Below are positions 1 to 10,759 of a stretch of 64,000 nt of DNA, one piece after another. Made by a program: the position numbers and the translations under genes. The stretch lies in assembly GCA_951406725.2 (NCBI GenBank), contig OX597817.1:128712001-128776000 (forward strand), in the 5' to 3' direction. Under the pieces are notes generated by a model that did no database searches, had not been told where the DNA came from, and saw nothing but the letters and a program-made list of their open reading frames with translations. Positions within the stretch are counted from its first letter, which is position 1. Every line of letters begins with the position of its first letter. Origin of the DNA: Octopus vulgaris (lineage: Eukaryota).

Positions 1-248
1 TTAGCAGGTCGGGCTCAGCAGCATTTCGTCCATCCTGACATCCTTTTGGTGTCGATAAAATAAGCACCTGTTGAGTACTGAGGTCGATGTATTTGATTTA
101 TCCCCTTCCCACAAATTTGCTGGCTATGTGCCAAAATTTGAAATCATTGTTACGTATCTGAATATTCTTGTATATTTCTAACTATTCATTGAATGTTTTA
201 TGATTATATGGTCCACACTACTCTTCAAGATCATGCGTTTCAAAGTTG

Positions 249-355
<107 letters not shown>

Positions 356-645
356 TTACAATAATCTTATTATTTCTGATATATCAGCAGCACTAAGAGC
401 TCCACCTCTCCACCGGCAGCAACAACATCCCCGACTTCCTGCGCAATCGCAGAGACTGGATGCGCATTCATCCATCCGTCGATGCTCTCGGTGTCGGGGG
501 TTGACCTGCTTTCTCTTCTGCGGGTCTTATGAATTGCAAAGGGCCACGTTTCGGACTTCTCCCACTACACTGGGACGAAGACCGCTTCGCTCAACAAACA
601 AACAAACAGCAATAATATCATCAAGAGAATCATCATAGTCTAATA

Positions 646-1400
646 CAGTGATTTTAAACTGGAGTGCATATAGCCCCTGAAGGTCTATGTAAGATTTTTA
701 GGAGGTCCATGCAACTAAATAGTAAATCGGGGATCCACAATAGAATTTTAAGTGCCCCTGAAAAAAATTTAGATGTATACTCTTTACTCTTTTACTTGTT
801 TCAGTCATTTGACTGCGGCCATGCTGGAGCACCGCCTTTAATCGAGCAACTCGACCCCGGGACTTATTCTTTTGTAAGCCCAGTACTTATTCTATCGGTC
901 TCTTTTGCCGAACCGCAAAGTAACGGGGACATAAACACACCAGCATCGGTTGTCAAGCAATGCTAGGGGGACAAACACAGACACACAAACACACACATGC
1001 ATATATATATATACGACGGGCTTCTTTCAGTTTCCGTCTACCAAATCCACTCACAAGGCTTTGGTCGGCCCGAGGCTATAGTAGAAGACACTTGCCCAAG
1101 GTGCCACGCAGTGGGACTGAACCCGGAACCATGTGGTTGGTTAGCAAGCTACTTACCACACAGCCACTCCTGCGCCTATGTATGTATTGGTATGTATTGC
1201 AAGAAATAGTTAAGTTTCTTTCTCTAAAACTTTACATAGATTTACCTACACAAGTTAATGTGTGAAAAACAAGATTGGAATTTTGAAAGAAGTTTCTATG
1301 AAACTACTTTTTTTAAGTATCGAATGGCAATAGGTGCCCACCAGAATAAAGTAGTAATCAAAGAGGTCCATTGATAAAAAAAAATGGTTGAGAACACTTG
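646..1400. mobile_element. Non-autonomous hAT (Charlie-like) DNA transposon/MITE, interrupted by a SINE
   Basis: Imperfect TIRs CAGTGATTTTAAAC (646) and GGTTGAGAACACTTG (ends 1400). Perfect 8-bp flanking duplication GTCTAATA at 638-645 and 1401-1408, the TSD length typical of hAT. Confidence 0.8.
781..1176 (-). mobile_element. tRNA-derived SINE family A (CORE-like), full length
   Basis: Minus strand begins GGCGCAGGAGTGGCTGTGTGGTAAG (A box) ... GGTTCAGTCCC (B box), then CCTTGGGCAAGT (CORE-like), an internal CA/TA linker and a (TAAAAGAG)-type tail. Many homologous copies in the window. Confidence 0.9.
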
Positions 1401-1636
1401 GTCTAATATAATATAAACCCGCGCTTTCTTATCGATCGCTCTTCAAACAAGCAAGCAAACACACCGTACATTCACTCAATCTTGATGGCCGGCAGACGAG
1501 CAGACGTACATAAATTATCTTCAGCAAATGTTGAAGTGTGTCGCCAGTAAGAAAACAAGGTGGGTGGGATGCAAGGAAAAGGGGGCACAGGAGATAATAC
1601 AAACAAAACAAACAAGAATTTAATCAAAACAAAAGC

Positions 1637-1672
1637 ATTATTATTATTATTGTTATTATTATAATTATTATT

Positions 1673-1710
<38 letters not shown>

Positions 1711-1730
1711 AATCATCATCATTATTATCA

Positions 1731-1796
<66 letters not shown>

Positions 1797-1812
1797 TGCT
1801 GTTGTTATCATT
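1637..1812. repeat. Compound (ATT)n/(ATC)n microsatellite
   Basis: Direct reading. Confidence 0.95.
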
Positions 1813-2048
1813 ACTAGCACTTAGGATTCTGGGCGATTCAAATATCCCCATATCTATTTCAAATATCTGCATTCGATAACATGAATGAGTTGAAATATAC
1901 CTACAGTCATTCACATTTCACATCCTCCTACACCCATTCATGTTATCTAATATGTTTGAATGCATGATATGTGTGTTAATATGGATGTGTATATTTACGT
2001 AATTGGTTATGTGTTTATTGTATGCATGAATGTATGTCGGTGTGCATG

Positions 2049-2091
<43 letters not shown>

Positions 2092-2241
2092 CGCCATCGT
2101 CGGCAGTCCGATGATGTCTCAACTGGCCGAAACACTGAAGTTATTGTCAAAAACCTTCTCTTGTATAAATTTACCTGTACTCTACAAAAACATAGAGTAA
2201 CCCTCAGATAGAATTTTTTTTAATGATAACTAAACATTTAA

Positions 2242-2455
2242 GGCAGTGAGCTGGCAAAATCGTTAGCACACCTGCCAAAATGCTTAGCGACCTTTCGTGT
2301 CTTTACGTTTTGAGTTCAAATTCCGGTGAGGTGGACTTCGCCTTTCATCCCTTCGGGATTGAAAATTAAATATCAGTTCATCACTGGGCTTGGTGTAATC
2401 AGCTTACTCCCTCATCCGAATTTGCTGGCCTTGTGCCAAAATTTGAAACCATTAT
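2242..2455 (+). mobile_element. SINE family B copy (degenerate)
   Basis: GGCAGTGAGCTGGCAAAATCGTTAGCAC head, GAGTTCAAATTC B box and GCCTTTCATCCCTTCGGG central motif, shared with about 20 copies in the window. Another partial copy lies at about 1-150. Confidence 0.8.
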
Positions 2456-2474
2456 AAATAAAAATAAAAATGAA

Positions 2475-2605
2475 CACATACATACACACAATCACACACG
2501 CACACAAACATACACACATACACACAAGCACACACACACAACACACACATACACACACATATATATATATATACTTATATATACATACATATATATATAT
2601 ATATA

Positions 2606-2672
<67 letters not shown>
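2475..2672. repeat. Compound (CA)n(TA)n(GA)n microsatellite
   Basis: Direct reading. Confidence 0.95.
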
Positions 2673-2677
<5 letters not shown>

Positions 2678-4417
2678 CATTGTATATTGAAGACAATGTT
2701 CCAGTGGCCCATTAATAATAAAAGGCAGGAAGTTCTTTTTTAAAATCTACTAGATAATTGACGAAATGCGGTCGTGCTGCCCCTGTCGGGACATACAGAG
2801 TTAATAGTCTAAAAGCAACATATTCACTGCAGTACCATGAAGACCATCAATAGAACATTCAGAATGCCGTCTATACTTCGCTATTCAAATATTTCCGGAA
2901 TAATACTGCCGTTTCTTCTCCTGATTTAGGCCAACAGAATATATGTATATTTCATAATTGTTAAGGAAAGGCACCAGCGTGGTGTCGCTGCCTCTTGTCG
3001 TATCTATATCTTGTGACCTGAAGTCCTTCAGCTGGTGACCTCCAAGGCACGCACATTTGATTAACCAACCCTGATTAAAACGTTGTTATCTGAAAAAGAA
3101 AGGTGGGAGAAGTCACCTATCCTGGCTGAGAACTCTGTTTATTACGAGTGCTCCGGTTGGTTTAATTAACGGAGCGGCCTGCACGTGAAATTAACGTGCA
3201 AGTTGTACCTGTAGTTCAATGAGCCAGCATTGTCACATTCGGAGTGCCAACTATTTGGGAGTTGTGGAATGACGGATAATCTTTCTTCCTAGTAGGCTGA
3301 GCTTCTTGAAGGGCACCTCCAGATGTCTTTTGTCTGGTATTATTTTACAGTGTTCGACTACCCACTCCTTGCAAATTCCATCCCTTCTGCTTATAGAAGA
3401 AAATATTTAATTTACATGGTCCTGCGTCATTTGGGAACATCACTTTTATTTTCTTGAACAAATCAGGGGACATTTTTATAAAGATATCGTTTGAGTGATG
3501 TTTGATGGAAATCTCAAAGTCCTCCCACTCCGTTTCTGTGTTGAGTTGCATTATGTAAATTCTCAATTGCTTATTATGTACATTTATTTGGCCTTATTGT
3601 TTTTGCTTACCAGGGCGAAATATGCTGGTGGGTGCTTTTGTAGCTCTTCTTTCACTTCATGCGTTTGGTGGTGTGTTTGTATGTTTTCCTGTTGCTATTG
3701 CTTGTTTGTGTTTCTTGTGTGAATGTTGTATCTGTGTTTTCCTATTTTTTACACTGCTGTTGGTAAATTGGCTGCACTTGCTGTGATTAGGAAAGATAGC
3801 ATAGGAATATAACTGTATGAGAAGTTTGGTTTATCGCCTCTACACACTTCATGGATTTTTGGTTGGAGCATGCTTCTTCCAATTTTCTCTTCGTGTACCA
3901 TGAAATTTCAGAGTCAGAAAATCCTAAGGAGGTGGAGGGGAGCGTTGTCTCTGCTTGTGTCTCTGTATCTGTTTATATATATGTATATCATAATATATAT
4001 TCTCCGATTTGAAGCGACAATTTTTAAAAATACAAAGGACGAAAAATGGTGTGCATGGGTGCCATGTTAGCGTTGATCTGTGGGCTCGATTCTGGATAGG
4101 GTTATCTCATCATTTTTTAGTCATTTGTTTGTATATAAAAAATTGTCGCTTCAAGTCGGAGAATATATATCATTATGATATATTATTATACAGTTCTTAT
4201 TATACTATGAGTCTTCCATAGTAGCTTTCTCTCCGTAACTTGCAAGGCCTTTCTGGTTTGTTTACGAATATTATGTATATATAAAACTATTGAAGGGGAT
4301 TTTTGGCGGAGTTTGGTGGTGATTATATTGTCGTTGTCATATTTCTGTTGTTGCTGCTCTCTTAGTAGCCGTTGTTGCTCTTTGTGATTGTGGCATTCGT
4401 ATTAGCGGGGCCTTTCT

Positions 4418-4960
4418 TTAGTTTGCTTTCTGCTGTGCGCAAAATTCCCTTAGATGGTTCGTAATAGCACATATATCACACCTTGGCCTTTCGCCCGCTA
4501 TCCTCACTAACAATTTGGTACCATTTAGCAACTCACTAAGATAGGTTGACTTCGAGCTTCTCTTGATTCATAGAATTCAATCGCTGCATACCTATATTCG
4601 ACCTGTAAACTTTTCGGAATGACTCATCACCGCCTCAAGGAAAGGCAGCTGCAACCAATCGCAAGACATCCATTTCCAGCGGCACATCCACTATCCTCCA
4701 TTTCGCATCTGACTTACCGACAAGTGACTGGGATGAAGATGAATGCAGCATATTTAACTGAGGCTGTGGAGCGCTTCCTCAAATCGAATTCAGACATCGA
4801 TTGTTCGAAATTTCCTCGCATCATGAACGTATTTTGTTTTCAAATCGGCTGAAAGCACTTTTCTGTCTACACTTGAGTTGGTCCGTCACTCTTCACGACA
4901 GTGCAACGGTAAGTCATTTTATATCTTTTAATTTCTTGCTTGATGATATGGCTGGGTTGC
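4418..4960 (-). pseudogene. Degenerate gag/ORF1-like coding relic with CCHC zinc knuckle (non-LTR retrotransposon ORF1-like)
   Basis: Minus strand translates LLNGTKLLVRIAGERPRCDICAITNHLREFCAQ (CX2CX4HX4C, about 4438-4480). Upstream frameshifted STASVKYAAFIFIP / LVGKSDAKWRIVDVPLEMDVLRLVAAAF aligns by eye with the ORF at 35062..35400. Confidence 0.6.
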
Positions 4961-5418
4961 GCTGGGTTAACTTTTCTTTCATTTCCCCTAATGGTTAGTT
5001 TTGCCTCTTTAGTTACTTCCCTCTGCAGCAAAAGTCCTTCCGTGATTCAAGAAACCTTAGCAAAGGGTCCTGTTGGTCACATGACATGGCAACGCACTTT
5101 ACTATCTTCGATATTGCTGCTGTTACCCTCAGCAGTGATGGATCTGTCTGCTGCAGGGGAAGTTCTGGTTTTCGTCAAAAAGGCCGAACTGTCTGCTATT
5201 GTAGTAAAAGCGCTGGTAGTGGTAGTGGGGTGATGGTGTTGGTTTTTGTAGTAAGAGTGCTGCTATGACTGTTTAATTCTGAGGTAACCCCGTGGCAGTT
5301 TTGTTATTTTGGTTAGTCATGTTGCTGCTGTTGTGTTTCTCGTTGCTGCTGTTTTTGTTGCCGCCACGTTTCTTGGAAGGGACGTTGCTCCTGCAAACGA
5401 TTCAGCCGACACAGTGCC

Positions 5419-5420
<2 letters not shown>

Positions 5421-5487
<67 letters not shown>

Positions 5488-5561
5488 TTCTTTGCCCTAG
5501 GAGTCGGGAAGACACTCGGCAAGAAATGGAAGCAAATTTGAAAGAAGAAGAAAAACCCATA

Positions 5562-5650
<89 letters not shown>

Positions 5651-5658
5651 TAATAATG

Positions 5659-5710
<52 letters not shown>
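5421..5710. repeat. (AAT)n microsatellite array interrupted by a LINE 3' fragment
   Basis: Direct reading. Confidence 0.97.
5482..5561 (+). mobile_element. Extremely 5'-truncated (~80 bp) copy of the Dong/R4-like LINE 3' end
   Basis: Nearly identical to about 28490-28564 (ATGAGTTTCTTTGCCCTAGGAGTCGGGAAGACACTCGGCAAGAAATGGAAGCAAATTTGAAAGAAG); flanked on both sides by (AAT)n. Confidence 0.9.
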
Positions 5711-5713
<3 letters not shown>

Positions 5714-5716
5714 GGC

Positions 5717-6375
5717 CATGGCTTCTGATCTGGCTCTCATGGCTTCTGATCTTGGCTCTCATGGCTTCTGATCTGGCTCTCATGGCTTCTGATAATGGCT
5801 CTCATGGCTTCTGATCTAATGGCTCTCATGGCTTCTGATCTTGGCTCTCATGGCTTCTGATCTAATGGCTCTCATGGCTTCTGATCTTGGCTCTCATGGC
5901 TTCTGATCTTGGCTCTCATGGCTTCTGATCTTGGCTCTCATGGCTTCTGATCTAATGGCTCTCATGGCTTCTGATCTTGGCTCTCATGGCTTCTGATCTA
6001 ATGGCTCTCATGGCTTCTGATCTTGGCTCTCATGGCTTCTGGTCTTGGCTCTCATGGCTTCTGATCTTGGCTCTCATTGCTTCTGATCTTGGCTCTCATG
6101 GCTTCTGATCTTGGCTCTCATGGCTTCTGATCTTGGCTCTCATGGCTTCTGATCTGGCTCTCATGGCTTCTGATCTTGGCTCTCATGGCTTCTGATCTTG
6201 GCTCTCATGGCTTCTGATAATGGCTCTCATGGCTTCTGAACTTGGCTCTCATGGCTTCTGATCTTGGCTCTCATGACTTCTGATCTTGGCTCTCATGGCT
6301 TCTGATCTTGGCTCTCATGGCTTCTGATCTTGGCTCTCATGACTTCTGATAATGGCTCTCATGGCTTCTGATCTT
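5717..6375 (+). repeat. Minisatellite, ~30 units of 21-24 bp, consensus CATGGCTTCTGATCTTGGCTCT
   Basis: Counted by hand. The unit equals the sequence present once in the element at about 11274-11295 (minus strand). Confidence 0.95.
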
Positions 6376-7121
6376 AACTGATTGGAAGTGTTATCATGTA
6401 CATTGTTTTGTCTTGGTATAAAAGATGAGCTACAGCAAATATTCTGCTCAATACCACAGATTTGCTTGTCAGTTGTTTGACCTTAACCAGTTGAGCATGT
6501 CCCTTAGTGGCTGACGATATGTGCATCTCTGATCACGAGCAGAAGTAGTGGGTGAGCATCATAGCCATGTGTTGAGAAGGATTCTTTGGGGTTTGAATAA
6601 TTCACCTCTGGAAACATAGGTGTTTCGTTCAACGTCCTTAAACAACCCTTATTCAGGGACCTTTTGAGCGGGATGGGTTACTCAACCTGAAGAAAATTCT
6701 AACTGGGCCCCACATGCAAGGTCATGTGCTGTTTATCTTGATATGAGATCACCATGTCGCGCACATATGGTTGTGATGCATGTGCCTGGTGTACCTTTAT
6801 CAGACGGGTAGTCATGATGGGTATATTGGGCTTCGTATATTTTACCCCAGTGTTACTTTGATGGCATGAACTGCTGGAAACAACTCTTATTCAGGGACCT
6901 TTTGAGTGGGATGGGCTACTCGAGCTGAAGAAAATTCTAACTGGGCCCCACCTACAAGATCATGCGCTTTTATCTTGATATGAGATCACCATGTCGCGCG
7001 CACATGATTGTGATGCACGTGGTTGGTGTACTCTTATTAGACAGATAGTCAAGATGGGTATACTGGGCTTCGTATAATTTACCCCAGTGTCGTTTTGATG
7101 GCATGCGCTGCTCTTTCACTC
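6352..7121 (+). mobile_element. (AAT)n-embedded non-coding interspersed element (family E) with duplicated 3' half
   Basis: Homologous to 10760-11318 (opposite strand). About 6640-6875 is repeated at about 6878-7121. Ends in CTTTCACTC followed by (AAT)n. Confidence 0.8.
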
Positions 7122-7243
<122 letters not shown>

Positions 7244-7413
7244 CTTTTATGTGCAACCAGAGCGAAAGATGAGAGGATAATGCAAAGACAGGTATAATGT
7301 GTTGAGGTTTACATTTAATGAAATGATATAGACAAGGGAGTAGGTATACACGGTATACAAGAAAGAAGAGAAGTATAAATAGTATAGGAAGATAACAAAG
7401 CAAAAAAAAGGAC

Positions 7414-8789
7414 GGTACCTTTCATTTAAGGAGTGATGTTGACAGATTATATGTCAAGAAAGAATGGAGGGAGTGGACTCAACAGTTGTGAAGGAGAAGA
7501 GAACAGCATAGATTGATACATAAACAATGACACTGAATGATTGTTGCTAGAAGTAGAAACAAGTAAAATTGGTTAAAAATTGGAGATTGAGAGGGTAAGT
7601 CTGAATATAAGAAGGAGAAGTAGACTGAAACCGAAAGAAGATTGAAACAAAAAATGAGGATGCACGGGAAAATTTACAGGGACACAAAAACCAAAACTAA
7701 TTTGGAGAAAAGTTGACTATGGTTACGGATAAGTGATCTTAAACCAGAAACAGAAGCTTTAATTTGTGCTGTACAGGAGCACTTGAGGACAAATTATGTT
7801 AAGCATAATATGCAACAGAAAGGTGTAGAATGTACAGAGAACGGGGAGGAATTGTGTGTCATATATCAACAGACAGTGCACAAAACTGACACTGAAGGAA
7901 TACAAGCGATACCATGATAACACAACGAAAATCCTTCATTGATAGTTATGCGGAAAATACGGATTTGAAGGAGCAAGCCACTGGTATGAGTAGCAACAAG
8001 AAGGCATTGTAGGAAATGTCTATGCTACGATTTGATGGGAATTAATGGAGCTATGTGATCGTGAATTTGAATACTGCAAAACAGATACTATGGGGATTAA
8101 CAAAGTCAACAAACAGTGTATGATTCTAGATATGGCTTGTTCAGCTGATAATAAGGTTTATGACAGAGAATTGGGGAACATTGAGTGATATGAACAACTA
8201 GCTTGGGCGTTAAAAATGTTGGTGCGTAATGGAAAAGGTTGAGGTGGTCCCAGTTGTTGTTGGGGCACTTGTTAATGTGAACTCTAGAACTGTAAACTAT
8301 ATTTTAAAAAATCGGAAACACCATCAGAATGGAGCGCTTACAGAAAATAACACTCCTTGGAAGTGCTAGAATACTTATAAAAGTGCTTGACAATTGAAGG
8401 CACCATCCCAATACACATGACAGCAGATGTTTGACATAAACCCACGGGTCAGTAATGCTCGGGAAACTGCAGAACAGTTTCGACACTCTGCATGCATCTC
8501 GGTCAAGCCCGACTGACGGCAGAGTTTATTCCGAACTGACAATGCTCCACCACTGATTGCATTACTAGGCGAAAAGTTTCTGGTAATTATTCATAGGCCC
8601 CAGCCTGACAGTCCTCCGGAACAGACTAACCAATTATTTCTCGTCAACGCCCAGAGTTTCCCCGAGATGTTAGTTACACATGCCCACCACTAACCCTCTA
8701 AAGAACACGAGAGTGGAACTTCCAGCGACCGCATTGCCTAACTGGCAGAGGATTGTGAGCGCCTGACGACGCTCTGGGTGTCAGGCGCC
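7414..8789 (+). mobile_element. Old R4/Dong-like RLE non-LTR retrotransposon remnant (C-terminal region plus probable 3' UTR)
   Basis: Broken frames give SDVDRLYVKK, MHGK, WLRISDLKPETEALICAVQE, KEYKRYHDN and LQKITLLGSARILIKVLDN* (stop about 8397), collinear with the 26920 element. Ends in a hairpin followed by AATAAT. Confidence 0.8.
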
Positions 8790-8799
8790 AAATAATGGC

Positions 8800-9340
8800 T
8801 TCAAATTTTGGCACAGACCCAGCAACTTTTGAGGGGACGGGTAAGTTCATTACATCGACCACAGCACTCATTTTATCGATCCCGAAAGAATGAAAGGCAA
8901 ATTCGATCCCAGCGGCATTTGAACTCAGGACATTAAGTCGGATGAAATGCCGCTAACAACTTTGCCTGGCGTGCTAACGATTCTACCAGTTCGCCACCTT
9001 GCATATTGATGATTCTTTTTACTTCTTTCCACTAAGGCCTGAAATTTGGAGGGAAGTGGGGTAAGCCGAATACATTTACGCCAGTGCTCCAAAATCATTT
9101 GAACGCGCAACGTTAAGTGCCGCGCGAAAAGTAGCTAAGTATTTCGCCCGGCGTGTTTACAATTCTGCCAGCACGTCGTCTCTAATAAGCCTTTTTACTA
9201 TAGCTAGGCACAAGGCCCGAAATTTTGGTTAGTCGATTACATCGACCCAAGTACTTAACTGGTACGATCCGGAAAGGATGAAAGAGAAAGTCGATCTCGG
9301 CGGAATTTGAACTCAAAACGACTTCAGCAGAAATTGAACT
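8800..9340 (-). mobile_element. Cluster of three degenerate SINE family B copies
   Basis: Repeated GATGAAAGGCAAA.TCGA...GGAATTTGAAC motifs at about 8800-9000, 9020-9180 and 9200-9340. Confidence 0.75.
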
Positions 9341-9682
9341 AAATAATACATGTCAAAGATACTTCTATTACCTTCGCCAAATTAACAATACAATGAACGC
9401 GGCGACAACAAGAAGTAAAACTAAAATATAATTGGGTGAATGGACAATTAACCTTTTGTCTAACAATCGTCTTTCTATTATAAGTATATTTTACAAAAAA
9501 CTTAACACCAGGTCTGTCTAACACCATACACCAGTTTTAAGGATTGCCTTAAAATACAACCCAAACATACACAAACGCACACATATATACACAGATGTGC
9601 GTATGAATATATAATTATACATACGTACATTCATACATTTTCAGCAGCACTAACACCAAGGATATCTATGACAAATCATTAA

Positions 9683-9683
9683 A

Positions 9684-9714
<31 letters not shown>

Positions 9715-9763
9715 AACACACACAAACAAATACACGTGCCAGCGCGTATGCCTATCATACAGA

Positions 9764-9801
<38 letters not shown>

Positions 9802-9858
9802 GACGCGTGTGTATGTGCGTGTTAGCGTATAATTTACATATGTATACATGTGTGTATA

Positions 9859-9914
<56 letters not shown>

Positions 9915-10008
9915 CATATACATGTATATTTATATACATATGTACATATACACATACATTGCGATTGCATTATATATACACATACATACATACATACATA
10001 CATACATA
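9683..10008. repeat. Compound (CA)n/(TA)n/(TACA)n microsatellites
   Basis: Direct reading. Confidence 0.9.
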
Positions 10009-10759
10009 CTTAAGCAACCACAACACTTACAAACCGTATATGACGCACTAGAGCCACGAGAACAGGTACACAGTCATGGACGCATGCCATAGAAAATGAA
10101 ACCTGTTTTCGGTCGAATGGCGTACACGTCATATCATTTTCATTAGATAGCATAAATAGTAAGCACAGATCGAGGACAGCACATTTCTTAGCCAATAAAA
10201 TTATCAACAGGGTCATCATCATCATAACATGATACAGCTGTTCTTGCTCTTGATGTTGTTTAAACTTAGATCAGCTACACACCACTCTGACAGGTTCAAA
10301 GATTCTTCAGCCGTATTCAGCACGTTTACTTTTCCTATGTGCAGATAATCCAGGTTCATATTATCCTATATATCCTCTTCTTTTTATGTTTCATACAAGA
10401 CACACCAAACTCAAGTGCCAAACTCCAATTCCTAGTTGTCCCAAATACAGCGGTTTGGAAGGTATGCTCTACCCTTATATCATTTCCAATTTCTCTGACA
10501 TATTTCTCGGAATTGGATTCAACATTTCTTTTAGTACTTCTGTATGCTACACATATGTCTCCTCTTTTCCAGTGTATACAGTGTATACTTTTTTAATTAA
10601 AAAAAAATTATTTTACTTTTTTAATGAATTTTTTTTTATTTATCATTTCATTATTATATGTAATATGTAATATAATAATGAACTTTATGTTTGCCTCTGT
10701 ACTGTTCTCCTCATCTTTCACCTTCATGGCAAGTAAATGAAATCATTATTATCATTATT

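Noticed and set aside
664-1265. Repeated small ORF family (FQSFDCGHAGAPP..., RRASFSFRLP...) recurring at 13, 39, 40 and 43 kb
   Set aside because: Antisense translations of SINE family A, not a gene family.
2975-3097. Minus-strand exon after a TTTTCAG acceptor
   Set aside because: All three frames close quickly and there is no strong donor.
5717-6375. CRISPR-like array
   Set aside because: Units abut directly with no unique spacers, there are no cas genes, and the context is eukaryotic; it is a minisatellite.
6511-6548. CTGACGA in family E as a hammerhead core
   Set aside because: No stem II followed by GAAA, and no NUH with stem I.
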